DNA from: Azolla caroliniana
Lineage: Eukaryota > Plantae > Polypodiophyta
Length of the DNA: 64,000 bases
Direction of reading: 5' to 3'
NCBI GenBank assembly: GCA_043228905.1
Contig: JBHGNT010000021.1
Span: 4,402,001 to 4,466,000, forward strand
In this document: one piece after another, positions 37,700 through 54,428 of the stretch
How positions within the stretch are numbered: position 1 is the first letter of the stretch
Layout of the letters: each line of letters begins with the position of its first letter
Program-made: the position numbers and the translations under genes
The notes under the pieces: model-generated
The model's input: the letters and a program-made list of their open reading frames with translations, nothing else
Databases searched by the model: none
What the model was told of the DNA's origin: nothing

Positions 37700-38960
37700 T
37701 ATCTAACATTGTAAAATATAGATTCCAAAGTAGTCTATGTTTTAAATACTCATCATATTGAGTAGGTACATTGTGGACCAATCTAGGAAAGACTTGCTTC
37801 CATGACGAAAAAATAGTTCGAATAAATCTGTCCTCTCACATATCATATGGTATTCTAAACTTTTCGTTAAATATCCAGCCTACATCCCCTAGTCAAGATG
37901 CACCTAACCAAGGAGAGCATTCAGAACATTGATTGGTTAAAAACAATTTGCATATCCACGACTAAGAGTAAATCCTCTAATAATCAACTTTGCAACCAAT
38001 GCTCAAGTCTAATATACTAGATCAATAACACCTAATCCTCCTTTGGGTCAAGGTAAGGTAATTACATCCCATTTAACTTTTCCAAACCAAAAGAAGTTTT
38101 GTATCAAATTCCGTATTTACAAGATGCATGACTTGGAAAAGATCCAACAAGGCAATACATACCACGTTATTGCTAATAATACTTGCGTTGCTACTATCAT
38201 TCGGCCTACGAGAGAATGCTTGGTTGAACTCCGTAACAATAGTTTTTTCCTTTACGCCATTAAAAGGGGTATCTCTTGATAATTAGATGATATAAATCAA
38301 TGCATATTACATTGCCTACATAAGGAAATAGTGTACCTCGTGGAATCCATTCAAATTGTTGATGTGGTTTCCATAATTGAGGGTCCTCATCCCCAACCAT
38401 GAGTGCCATTAATTTATTCCAATTAATAATAGGCACTAGAAGCCTTATAAAACGTAGAGAGGGCCATTTCAACTTGATATAGATTATCCAATCACCATGC
38501 AAATATAAGGCAATATCATTAACAAATTCAATGTCTCTTAATTCTGCACTTGAGAATGGCATATGCAAATTCTTGTAGAGCAATGTCATCATAAAAAAAA
38601 GGCAATCATTGCCTCATTAAAGAAAAGCATTTGAAAAAGAGACAAATGACACCCTTGTCTAATTGACAAGGAGATGGTAAAGAAAAAGCCATAGTCCCCT
38701 ACTAAAAACACTCAACGTTGTGTTATACAATATAAGGAGGAAAAAGACTTGTGATCCGCTCCTAAGAGACACCAAACCTAGCCAATGTACCCTATAAGAA
38801 GTTCCAATCAACAAGGTCATAAGCTTTCTCAAAATCAAACATAACAATTTGCCAACTTTTGTTTGGATTCGGCGGTTTTAGCAACCAATTCCCAAAATGT
38901 ATATATAGACACTATCCAAGATACTTCGTTCACAAATGAAACCTGATAGGGCCGGATGTA
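37700..38960 (-). mobile_element. Highly decayed LINE RT remnant
   Basis: Minus-strand remnants DFEKAYDLVDW, EFVNDIALYL, INWNKL, IRPYQ. Confidence 0.65.
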
Positions 38961-39056
38961 TAACTATAGGTAACATAGTTTGAATGCATATACTAAGTAA
39001 TTTAGCCCTGGTTTTATGAACTGTGTTGAGTATTGTAATAAGATTTTATGTACATA

Positions 39057-39300
39057 CTGTATGCAAGCTTGTATGTATGTATGTATGTATGTATGTACGT
39101 ATGTATGTATGTATGTATGTATGTATGTACGTATGTATGTATCCATGCATGTAATGTGTGTATGTATGTATGCATCATGTATTTATTTATGTATGTATGT
39201 ATGTATGTATGTATGTATGTATGTATGTATGTATGTATGTATTCATGTAATGTGTGTCTGTCTGTATGTATGTATGTATGTATGTATGTATGTATGTATG
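39057..39300. repeat. (TATG)n microsatellite, imperfect
   Basis: Seen directly in the sequence. Confidence 0.97.
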
Positions 39301-40043
39301 TTACGTGTTGGTGGTGGTGGGGGATGAGCGGCTAGATTTGTAATTTAGAGAGAAAGGATCGTTTTGCTTTGGAAGACCAGAGAGACAGAGACAGAGACAG
39401 AGACAAAGACAGAGGGAGAGAGAGGAGAAGAGGCCTGTAGGTCGGCAACGGTCCATGGCCATGGCGATATCAGTGAACCATTGCTTCTTCTAGAAGATTC
39501 TTCCTCTCCGGATCACTGAACGCAGGTAAGTTCTCTCTCTCTCTCCCTCTCCCTCTCCCTCTTTTTGTCTCTTTTCTGTTCCGTTTTTCATGGTGGAAAA
39601 CTATTGTCTATCCTTTCATTATTCTTTCATTTCTGTGTCATTATTCATTTCTTCGAACTAAATCTCGGAATTCCCATTTTTCCCGGCCTAAATCATGTGA
39701 AATTTTCTCTGCCCCTTTTGTCATTCTTGAATATATTATCTGTTTGCAAGAATGTGATACTGTAGTTAAATACAAAGCATATACATAGTGCATATAACTG
39801 AAGTGTTTCTGCCAGTTCAATTCATCTTACTCTTTATTTTTCTTTTAAATTTATATCTGTGAGCACGAACGTGATTTTATGGTAATACTCGCAGCATATA
39901 ATGTAATAACTGAAATGCTTTGCCTGTTAAACTCGTCTGATTTTGGCTTTCCTGTTAAATTTGTGACTATGTGCAGGAATGCGAATTTGAGGTGAAACCC
40001 ATTGAATATATGCATATTTGTCGTATATAAGTGTTGCAAAGAA

Positions 40044-41216
40044 ATGGATCTTAATCCTGTGAGAGATGCACACAACCATGTCTTCAAGAAAAGGAAGCTT
40101 TATGAAACAAAATCGGAAGAAAGCCTGGTAAAAGTCAGTGAGCAAATTGAGTTTGCAGTGAAGAAGCTCTCTGCTATTGCAGAGAGTGAAATGCTACATA
40201 TAAGGAAAGTTCTCTGTGAATTACAAGCTACTTTGAGTGAGATGGGACCATTGAATCAATTTGGGACATCTCAGAAAGACTTGAACATTGCCATGAATAA
40301 GTATGGAAAAGTGTTGGACAAGTTTTTTCAAACAGATATTGCAAAAGCACAAAGAGAATTTGATTTTGATATACACATTATCAACAAGATAATTGCATTG
40401 CACTTCTATAGGTTAGGTCAATTCGAACTAGGAGATTATTTTGTGAAAGAAGCCAAAGAAAAAGAAGAAGACGAGGATGACGTATATGAAGAAATGGATC
40501 TAAAGACACCTTTCGATGAAATGTATCAGATATTTGAACGAATAAAGTTACGAGATTTGGAACCATCTCTTGCTTGGGCAAAAACTCACCATGAAGAGCT
40601 TATAAAGAAAGGTTCTTCATTAGAATTCAACTTACATCAACTTCAATATGTTCATTTTCTTCAACAAAACTTGCGTTCAAAAGCGCTTGAATATGCAAAG
40701 GCAAACTTCTCCCGTTTCTCTGATACACACATGCATAAGATTCAAAGATTAATGTGTAGCCTTTTATGGGTAGGGAGAATAGAAAGTTCTCCATACTCGG
40801 ATTTGTCAAACTCTAGAAGTTGGGATATCATAGGACTTGAATTCATGAGAGAATGTTGCAACCTCAATGGCTATTCATATGAAAGTTCTCTTCAACTTAC
40901 CATAGGTGCAGGTGCACAAGCTCTTCCAACTCTGTTGAAAATGGTATCAGTGTTAAGTAGCAAGAGACAAGAATGGTTAGCTTTGAAGCAACTACCAGTT
41001 GAAGTCAAATTGGATAAAGAATATCAATTTCATTCTATATTTGCTTGCCCGGTTTCTAAAGAACAAAGTAATTCAGAAAACCCCCCTATGCTTATGCCAT
41101 GTGGACATGTGCTTTGCAAACAATCCCTTCAGAAGCTTTCTAAGAATCGTGCCTTTAAATGCCCATATTGCCCGACTGAGCTCATCATTTCACAGTGTAA
41201 GCCGATAATTTTCTAA
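40044..41216 (+). CDS. RMD5: RMD5/GID2/RMND5-like CTLH-complex RING E3 subunit (LisH-CTLH-CRA-RING), 390 aa; probable 5'-UTR intron 39526-39977
   Basis: IIALHFYRLGQFELG (LisH), LAWAKTH...LEFNLHQLQY (CTLH), QFHSIFACPVSKEQ...NPPMLMPCGHVLC...FKCPYCP (degenerate RING). First ATG at 40044. Confidence 0.92.
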   Translation: MDLNPVRDAHNHVFKKRKLYETKSEESLVKVSEQIEFAVKKLSAIAESEMLHIRKVLCELQATLSEMGPLNQFGTSQKDLNIAMNKYGKVLDKFFQTDIAKAQREFDFDIHIINKIIALHFYRLGQFELGDYFVKEAKEKEEDEDDVYEEMDLKTPFDEMYQIFERIKLRDLEPSLAWAKTHHEELIKKGSSLEFNLHQLQYVHFLQQNLRSKALEYAKANFSRFSDTHMHKIQRLMCSLLWVGRIESSPYSDLSNSRSWDIIGLEFMRECCNLNGYSYESSLQLTIGAGAQALPTLLKMVSVLSSKRQEWLALKQLPVEVKLDKEYQFHSIFACPVSKEQSNSENPPMLMPCGHVLCKQSLQKLSKNRAFKCPYCPTELIISQCKPIIF

Positions 41217-43549
41217 GTTGAAAGAGATGTCATGAGTCAAGGATATGGTGGTAACAAAGGGGCGTTATGTATATCTTCCAATTTGTTTCCAAAGGTGTAC
41301 AACTGACATATTCAAGTTTCAGTGTCAGTTTCACAATTCATTCAGGTCACTCGTTATGATAAATTCAACCAGAAACCTACAATGATAAACACAAAGCTAT
41401 GATGATCGATATCTGGCTTACATATCTGTTTGGTATACATATACGAGATGCTATCTCACACTTGTGTACTAAGGGATTTACTTCTAAATTCATATTATGA
41501 TGATTACTTTTATCTTTTCTTTTTGACTTATGTGGATCCCCATGGTGTGTGTACACGTTTCTTTGTTTTGGTCAATGATGATTAGGATTAAGCTATAAGA
41601 TTTGCCTTCCAATGCAATAATGGGTTTTCAGTTCCCTTTAATCTTTTGCTTTTGTGCATGTGTAGAATTACTTATAATTCTTCAACATGCTTCCCTTTGT
41701 TTGGATATATGATAGTTCAGTTTTATGATATGTTTGGGTATAGCTATCATCTGTCAATTCTTTAATCTTGCCAATATGTGTATTACTCTTCCTGGTAAAA
41801 TACAAGCACACTTTTGTTTTCAAACCATAAAGTGAAGATGATTTTACCAAATTGGTGTCTCCTCATTGAACCAATTGAGGAATGTTATGACATGGGTCCT
41901 AATATCACTGGTGTATTTGGTAATAATAAATCTTGCATTAAACTATCCTTGCATGCATGTGTGTTCATCTTGATGAAAAATACCTTCGTGATTAACATGC
42001 AGCATCTAATAGGCAAGATTTAAATTTAAGCACACAATCTGTTCTCTACGCATTAGTAGATGGACATATCATGACTGATTAAGTAAAAATAAATTTTGTA
42101 CCATGCTTGAGAAGCTTTTTGTAGATAATTAATTAGCATGGCAATATCTTTCTATGAAAAGCATACTGCTGTGGTGGTAAATTGGAGAGATCCAATGTCA
42201 ATAATCGCTGCTTGCTTGTATCTGTTAAAGCTACAGAAAGGAAAATATATCTTGGCCATCCATGAGAAAAGATAAATTTAGTGAAGGTGTACAGAAGGTT
42301 TTGGTAATTAAATTTAATCAAAGTTGGATGTAATGGCATTTTGATCATTGAAGTTGAGATTGGAGGGCCATTGTAGTTTTCTCTTATCATATTAACCCAA
42401 CATATCTCAATGTAAGTTCAATACTATATTCAATGCTCAAACCATCAATTTCATCGCATGTTTCTGTACTCAGACGGTAGTAGATGATTAAGTAAAATCA
42501 ACTTGGTTTGCCATGCACGTGTTTTGTACCCTGAAATGCCCTCAGCAAACAAACACATAGTTCCCCCATGCTCCCTTCACGAAGTAACGATCAATGCATT
42601 TGTGTCTTTTCCCTCAAATGAACTCAGCAAACAACAATATGTTATCTGTCTGGGTATAGTTGAAAGGAATGTTTGGGGATACAGCCAAAATTCCAGGGCA
42701 TGAGTGAAATTTCCAACTGTATTTATTATGGATGACATTAAATGAATGTTTGGGGAAACAACCAAAATTCAAGGGCATGAGAATGAAATTTCCAACTGTA
42801 TTTATTATGGATGACATATTACTCAAGATGTCAGATGCAAATGGGAATTAAACACAATACCATATTGAGGCAACTGAAAACCGATTGAGGCGTGTTAAAG
42901 ATATAAAATTATGGATTCAATTAGAAATGAAATAATTGTGACACTTCATATGACCATTTAAGGAAATCCTGAGGGGATCGAGTGATTCTAACTTAATACT
43001 CTCTTTTTTATTCGTTCATACCACATGAAACGAATGGTAACAAAGAAGCGTAAATCGCCCTGAATTGATGATATTTTCAATGGAAAGAATGGTGATATTT
43101 GCTTCCAAATGCTGTTTTCAGCAGGTGTCTGAAGCACAATGTTCACAAATCAAAACAATTTATGCACCACAAAGATAGATTTGCTGCATTAACCTGTATA
43201 AATAACAACATAAAACGACAAATTATCAGTTGAAATAGAACGAATGGATATGTTTCATTCAGTATGTTTTCATATTTGAATTCTTTAATTCTATGAATTT
43301 TAATTCCATGGATTAGAGAAACTTATATTTATCTATATGCATGTGTGTATCTATGTCTGTCGCAGAGTGTGTAAAGAATCATGTTTTCTAGCTTCATCAG
43401 CAATAGAAGGCCATAATAAAGCTGTCATATTGTTTTACCATTTCTGTACAAGAATATGAAAAGACTAAAGAAACATTTGTGTATGAGAAACAAGAACTCG
43501 TATCTTAGCATTGTAATTGAGTATACCTTGTAAGTCTTCATCTATCCGT

Positions 43550-44814
43550 TTAGAGTTGCGTTTTTCTTCTTTCCATTAGTACCTACATAATGGTACTAAA
43601 GATGAATCAGGATACAAATGTACTAAGTGTTTAACATTAAATTTCTAAAAGAAGATTTCATAAAGAAAAAGAGAACACTGACCGCTTGTCTGAGTCTCTT
43701 GCAGATATGGAAAGCAGGTTTTAGTTGATCACGCTGTAGTTTAGACAAAATGTACACCTGGAGAAAATATTTTCTTTGAGAAAAGCAGCAAAGAATATAT
43801 TCTTAAAGATACGATCAGCTTAAAAAACTAAATTAATATTAAAACAGGTGAGGTGAACAAGAAAACGAATTTAAACCGAGGGAGCATCGTTGAAAACTTT
43901 TCTCTTTATGGGAGAACAATAACCTATAGCCCAATACATAAGTACAGAATCGAACAAGCACAATGAGAAGGACTTAAGCTACCTAAAGGTCCAACATAAA
44001 CCTTGATTGTCAGAACTCCAAATCACACAATAATGCAAAAAGACGTAGCAATGTCCAACAAATTTCATATATTGATTTCATGTTTTACGTAAACACAAAA
44101 CAAGATAAAGATTTGCGTATCAAACATGTTTAAGAACATAAATCGACACGTTTAGTGATGCGATGATGACTAGAAAGAAAAAATTACCAGCAAGTGTAGG
44201 GGGAGAGACTCGAGCAAAGACTGTTGCTGACCATCAGAAACAGCTGGCATATCTGGATCGGATAATTCACTTGATTCACGTGTGATGAGATGAGAAGATG
44301 GAAGAACCGCAGTAGGGAAGCTATAAGGAAAAATTGCTTTAGAAGCCGAAAGCTTCTTACGTTGTGGACAAACTGGACCAAAGACTACAAAGTTCAATGG
44401 AGGAGAATTCATCTGAATCTCATCAGAAACTCGAACGATCTCTACAGAAGAAGAAGGATTCGTATTCTCAATCAAGGATCTCTTCCTTTTCCTTGAGCAT
44501 GATGACGATGAAGATCTAATTCTGATACGTTCGTCACGTAACTGTGCCAACGCACCTGGTTTCAGATAGTGAAGATTATTATTCAGATTAAGCAGATCGT
44601 TCTTCAATAAAGCATCGGCCCTCTGGTGATGGCGTGATCTGTACCCTCCTACACCACCATACAGTAATCTGCAAGCAGATCGAAGTAGCGATGGCTCGTG
44701 AGGTAATGAGGATGTAGAAGGAGAAGAAGAACGAGAAGGAGAAGCTAAGAATTGCTTCGGTGTAAGAGGATTAACAGTAGTCTGCAACACGACGGGATCT
44801 GACGCCATATCCAC
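43550..44814 (-). CDS. F-box protein of the FBS/At4g35930 type, about 244 aa; exons 44814-44188, 43757-43683, 43582-43550
   Basis: YLKPGALAQLRD, PVCPQRKKL, and F-box LESLPLHLL|VYILSKLQRDQLKPAFHICKRLRQA|VLMERRKTQL*; GT-AG phase-0 introns. Confidence 0.8.
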
Positions 44815-45420
44815 AGTAGAATCGGGCGAAACGGTTTCGATATAGGGGAGATGAAGTAGGAAGCAAGAAGATAGAATGTGCAGAGTGAGAAAGAAGAGCT
44901 AGAAAGCAGCAGAATAGGCAACAAAACAGGAGGAGGAGGAGGAGGAGGAGGAGGAGGACCAAAACCACAGCAAAGAAGCTAGACGAAGGAAGAAGAAGGA
45001 AGAAGAAGGTGAAGAAGGAGGAGGAGGATGGCGATGGAGCTGCACAGCGGCAGATAGTACAGAAGAAAGGAGATTGTGTGTGTGTGGAGCTATGGCTTCT
45101 TCAGCTGCTTCTTCTTCTTCTTCTTCTTTTCTGCTTCTCTCTGTCACACAAACACAGACACTGTCGTTCTTGCGCGCGCGCACACAACGGATATATTTTG
45201 GCGGGAAAAAAGAGCTTGTGTGTGTATCGCAGATCTTTTCTTCTTCTTTTCGTCGTTAATAGTTATATTTTTTTTTACACGTACCATATATTTTATTTTT
45301 GTTTTGGGCGGGACGATTTCACACCTAGAATTAGTTCAAAGGAAGAGGCGAGAAGAAAGAAAGAAAGAAAGAAAGATATATTAACGTCTTCTAAGACCAA
45401 AATTGTCCCACGAGACAATT

Positions 45421-45452
<32 letters not shown>

Positions 45453-46785
45453 TTCACACTACAAAGTGCAAGTAATAGGCATTCGTACGCGTTCACACTA
45501 GAAGTAGTAGTACCCTTGTCCTGAACCTTCCCCCTTCTTCTTCTTCTTCTTCTTCAGCTCATCTCATCGGTCACATTATACATATCCACATTCCTCTTGT
45601 TGTGCTCTAAACCAATGCTTTGCTTCTCGATGTTGGACCCCAAATCCACTCTCTTGTACGATAGTGCGAGCAAAATGCAAATAAGACAATTAGCATGTTT
45701 TTGCCGTACGATTTTCCATCACCATTCCAGATCCTCCCCCAATCATCACTTCAACATTAGAGTAGAAGACCCACCATGTTTTCGGAATTCCACCCCTCGC
45801 ATTAATTTGGATTTCCATCTCGAACAACATATGGTTTGATAGCAAATGGTTGATACTTACTTCACAAGCTATACTTACTTCACAAGCTACCCTCTTTTGC
45901 AATAAAAAACTGCCTCACTAAATGCACCAATTGAATGTTCCTACAACATATAATGGTCAATCTACAGTGTGCTTGCTCACGATTACAAAGGAAGTGTATA
46001 GTTGGAACTTAGGTTTCCACCTATGTTACCTTCATTGCTAAGTTTGATATTAGTCATCCCACTTTATGCTCATTCAAGGGATGGGATATTTATAGTGTGT
46101 CTTCTCTGCCAAATCACATTAATATGCTCAAGCTATCAAGTTATTTCTCTACCTAAACATTTGGTTGAGAACTTTTCATTAGGTGGGACTCAAAACAAAA
46201 CCGTTACGAAATTATTTATAATGGTAGTGCTTGTATAATGCAATGTAGTGTTTATGTATGATAATGTTATTACATTATCATTATTACAATACATACTCGC
46301 ATCAATTATAGATGAATATAAAGTTTTAGCTCTAACATTCTAATATATTCTTGGGCAAGATGATTACCATCCATGGGAGATTGAACATGAGTCTGTGGCC
46401 ACAATTGATCCTTGAGTTCTCTCAATTTTACAACTTCGATGCTACACTATCAAGAAATAGCAATTATAATCTAACCCACTAGTCCTTTTGACAACAGTTT
46501 AGAAGGTAGTAAAGGTACTTTTCCTACCCCCAACCCCTTCAATAAGTAAACTTCAATACTCAAGTGTCACATGATTTGTTCATACTTTTAAATTACAAGT
46601 AGGACACTGACACATAATACATCCGATTTTTTTTATTACTTCGAGTGAATGGAACATAGCAAACCAATTTCTATATACAGAGGTCCAATGAGATTAATAA
46701 ATAATAGTTAGGATAAATGAATGTATAGGAACTATCAAAATGTGCCCATATTTTTATAAGTAAAGAAGACCAATATTATAATTTA

Positions 46786-50328
<3,543 letters not shown>

Positions 50329-50733
50329 GGTAGGTTTGGGATTAGAGCTGGGGCCCAAGCCCAAGGAGTAGAAGTCTGAAGAGGGGAGGAAGTAGAGGAA
50401 GCAAGAGGTGGTGTGTATTTTGGAATTAGGGCTCTTTATTTTTAGCGTGCAAAGGCAAAGGAAGGCTAATTAATTGAGAGCATTTAAAATTATCTCTAAA
50501 TCTATTTGAATGAGCCTAATTTTGGGATTCCCCTGTGACCTTCTTCACCAATTAAGAGCCGGAGAACCAAACTGATGTAATAGCAACTGCTCAGCAGTAT
50601 TACTTGGATCCTTCTTCCTTTCCAAATTCCATCATTATTTGCTATTATTATAATTTCTAATAATAATAATAATAATTATTTTCCACCTGTCATTAGAGAC
50701 ATCTCACCACCGCATCCCCTCTAATGGGAGAAT

Positions 50734-50888
50734 GCCACGTCAGCTCAGCGCTAACTCCCCGGGTCCATAATAACCACCGTCCGATTTTACGCTTGGCTCC
50801 ATAGCTTGAGATCCAACGGCTGTGCCCACCGGCAGTAGCAGGTTATTTCGGCTGCCGACAGCCACCTGCCCGTTCTATGCCACGTGGC
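50734..50888. promoter_or_regulatory. Cluster of candidate cis-elements upstream of CKX
   Basis: GCCACGTCA at 50734, TCCAACGG (MSA-like) at 50812, GCCGAC (DRE core) at 50854, and the palindromic G-box GCCACGTGGC at 50879. Confidence 0.4.
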
Positions 50889-51913
50889 TTGCCAGCCTGT
50901 CTTATTATGGTTCACACATTAAAAATAGTTTTCTTGTTTTAGAAAGCAACTTCTGGAAATTTGTTATTTTGTGAGAAATTAGGCAGTTGTTGTTTTTGGG
51001 GGGGGGGAGGAGAAACTATATTAATAATAAAACACTACGTGGTTTGTTTCATTTTGTTTTTGATTCTTTTATTTTTTCTTTCTGTTTTTGTTTATTTTTT
51101 CTCTTCTTTTTTGACCAAAACTCCTCCAAATTTGGAAGCTCCTCCTTATCACAAGATTTCTCATGTATACAATCTTTGCGAGATAAAACATACAGAACTC
51201 ACTCGGTAGGCCTATGTTTGAGATAAACCATGTGGAATTTGGTTAAGCAAGATTACTTTGTCCCTTGGGGCTCCCACAAGTCTATTGTGTACATTCACAT
51301 GGTATATATGTTGTGGTTTGGAGTATTTGATGAGGTTGTACCACTTTATTTGACACATTTATATTTCCTCAATTCGGTTAATTCCATGATGGGCACTTTT
51401 GTTGACGATAGACAGAACTAATAGACATATATATATGTATATATATCCTTTTACCTTATCATTCAATGATCCTTAATGATCCCCTAGGTGTATGAATAGA
51501 GTCTCAAACAATACAAGGCAAGATAGTCTCAAATAGTACAAGGCAAGACAACAAGTCATGGTTCCGATCAATACTATTGCATGTAGACTAAGGAAGTAAG
51601 GGGTTTGATAGTTATGAGAACTTATGACAAGGCAACATCTTATCCATGGTTCGGAGCATCCTAGTAGAATATGGTGACAAAAAGAAAAAGGGTTTCCTTT
51701 ATGGCCTTTATCATATGGAAACCATCTCGAAAAAGACCACTTTGCAAAGAGATGACATCAGTGATAGCACTTTTTTGAAGAAATAGAGGAAAATTAAGCA
51801 ATGTGTACTTAATGTATTGCATCGTATACTCCCACTATTCCAATTTGCACATGCATCACCTTTGTGAGAACCTTTGCGATACACATGATCTTGTTTCTTT
51901 TCACACGTACTTC

Positions 51914-52264
51914 ACTGACAAAGCACTATTTGAACCTTGGTTGCAGATAAGAAGATTTGAGTATATGCAACTTACATGTAAATGATGCATACACATCGCA
52001 AGGCTTGGGAGTTTATGTTTGAGGAAGGAGGTGACCGACAAAGCACTATTTGAACCTTGATTGCGCATAACAAGATTTGAGTCTTGCAGCTTTACATGTA
52101 AATGATGCATATACCATACACATAGCAAGGTTTGGGAGTTTATCTATGAGGAAGCAAGTGACCGACAAAGCACTATTTGAACCTTGATTGCGCATAACAA
52201 GATTGCATGTAAATGATGCATACACATAAAAGAGCTTAGGAGTTTATGTTTGAGGAAGGAGGTG
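51914..52264. repeat. Three diverged tandem copies of an approximately 120-bp unit
   Basis: ACYGACAAAGCACTATTTGAACCTTG starts at 51914, 52034 and 52161. Confidence 0.9.
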
Positions 52265-53914
52265 GTCACACATTCGATAACTATCTTTTAGATGTCAAGA
52301 CTAATAACATTATGATAAGTTGCACAATAAATGATGGTGCCACTTTAGAGGGAGTACATATATTATTCTCTACTAGATCATTTACCATATACATTTAGCC
52401 TTTCGAGAATATAAACCATTATGTAATAAGGATTTCATTGTATGGAAATAACTGAGTCATAAGTAATTTTCTATAACTACAAAAAATGTTTATAAGATAT
52501 AATTGTATGTTCATAGCTAGCTAGGTCTATGCAAAAAATTGCTACATGGTCCAACAATATGCATTAGTTCATGTCTCATTTGTTTGGCAGTTCATTGTGA
52601 TTCCCAAAAGTGTTACGATATGATTCCTTGATACATATTTTTATCCTATATAATTAGGTTTCTTTTATGTTCATTGGAATCTTTCAAAATTAAAAATCCA
52701 ATAAACTCTCCCTAGCTTTTACATCCTATATTTATGACCATTCATATCCTATCCTAGCTCATGTCCTACTTAAGTGTATTCACTAATCCTATTGGTAACA
52801 CCATTCGAGTGTATCCCTCCTCAGTATTTGTTACTTGTAGAAGAAAAGCATATAGTCCAACCAAGCCATTGACCATTTGATTGGAATTTTATTTTGATAA
52901 GCATATATCAATATATATGTTGATGGTTTCCTAACTAATTTTTATGAAAAATACATAGGACTATGAAGAGAGATTGAGCATCCATGAATATGCGTACACA
53001 CTCACAACCTATGCATGTAAGCATGCAGAAGATCTATATACTTGATGAACCCTACTCACATTTGTGCTTTTAAGCATGCACAAAAAGTATGCAGATGAAA
53101 CATAAATCAATTTAATCATATAGTGTTAATTGGAATGAATGGCTTAGATGTTGTAAATTAAACTCTAGCCATTACCCTATTGGCTCAAAGATTTGGTATA
53201 TATTTGATGACAATTATTTCATAAAAGTGCCCTACTTGAATGCTAGTTATCTAGAAATTAACATTGGGACATTGACCACAAGGCCATCCATGTAAACAAA
53301 GGAACACATTGGCTTGAGTATAGAAAGAAAAATGATAGAGTGGTGTAATGTTTTAGACTTTAGTTTAACATGTGTATACTAGATGAAGAGACGACCTACA
53401 ACATTCAACTTGACACATTTTGTGGCTAACTAGGTCACTATTTGTATTAACCATAAAAAGTTATACAACATGTGACTTGGTGGTTACCTCGCCTTTCATA
53501 CATGGACCTTGTATATATAGCAATGTCCCACTAAAGACCAATGTGGCCAATGTGAGGAAAAGAGGGAGGAAAATAAAGAATGACAAAGAAGAATACCTAA
53601 GCGTGGGTGTCACAAGGTGAGAATCGATGTATAACACCTCACATTGGAGGTCTCAACTCATAACATTTGGCCAACCATGCTACTATTTTTATTAACCATA
53701 AAAAGTTATACAACATGTGTCTAAGTGTCCATTTGGCTTTTCATACTTGGATATGTATACAAAAATCCATGACTAAAGAAGAATATGGCCAATGTGAGCA
53801 AATGAGGTAGAAGAATAAAGCATGACAAAGAAGAATACCTAAGTGTGGGTGCACAATGTGAGCATGGATGTACTAATGAGCATATTACAATGTACCACAC
53901 AAGCTCAATAACCC

Positions 53915-54200
53915 CATCAAGTGACAATTTTCAAATGCATCTTCTGGTAAGGCTTTAGCCAATGTGTCTATAACATATTCTTGAGAAGTGACGTTCTCAA
54001 GACAAATTTGCGCTATTAGTTAAGAAATCTCAAATGATACAATAATATACCTCAATATTCTTGGTTTATGTATGATAAATCAGATTCTTAGACAAAGTAA
54101 TGTCACTCTCATTATCACTAAAAAATGAGGCACATGCTGAGGTTACATGTATTCCCATGTTAGACGCTAATGTAGAAAGTTCTCAAAGTGGTTTCATGGT
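53915..54200 (-). mobile_element. Decayed Copia RNase H remnant
   Basis: The minus strand reads ...FFSDNESDITLSKNLIYHT*TKNIEVYY... and ...DTLAKALPEDAF... Confidence 0.65.
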
Positions 54201-54428
54201 GGGGTTGGTAGCTTATCCGTTGATCTTTGTTTTTTATTTCCCCTACAATAGTTAGCAAGATAGGGATGTAGTTAGGTAGGGTTGCAATGGCGATATCTAG
54301 AATGTGGTTAGGATGCCAAGGTGATCAATAAAAGCAATGGTAAGTGACAAACGTCTAGATTAGTGATGAGTCACAAGCTAACTATTTTGGTGTTGATAAT
54401 TATTAATTAGCTATCCTGGTGCCTACTA

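Noticed and set aside
38964-39335. ORFs rich in MYVC/YIHT
   Set aside because: They are translations of the (TATG)n microsatellite.
40002-40043. TTG-initiated N-terminal extension of RMD5
   Set aside because: It uses a non-ATG start; family-like sequence begins at MDL (40044).
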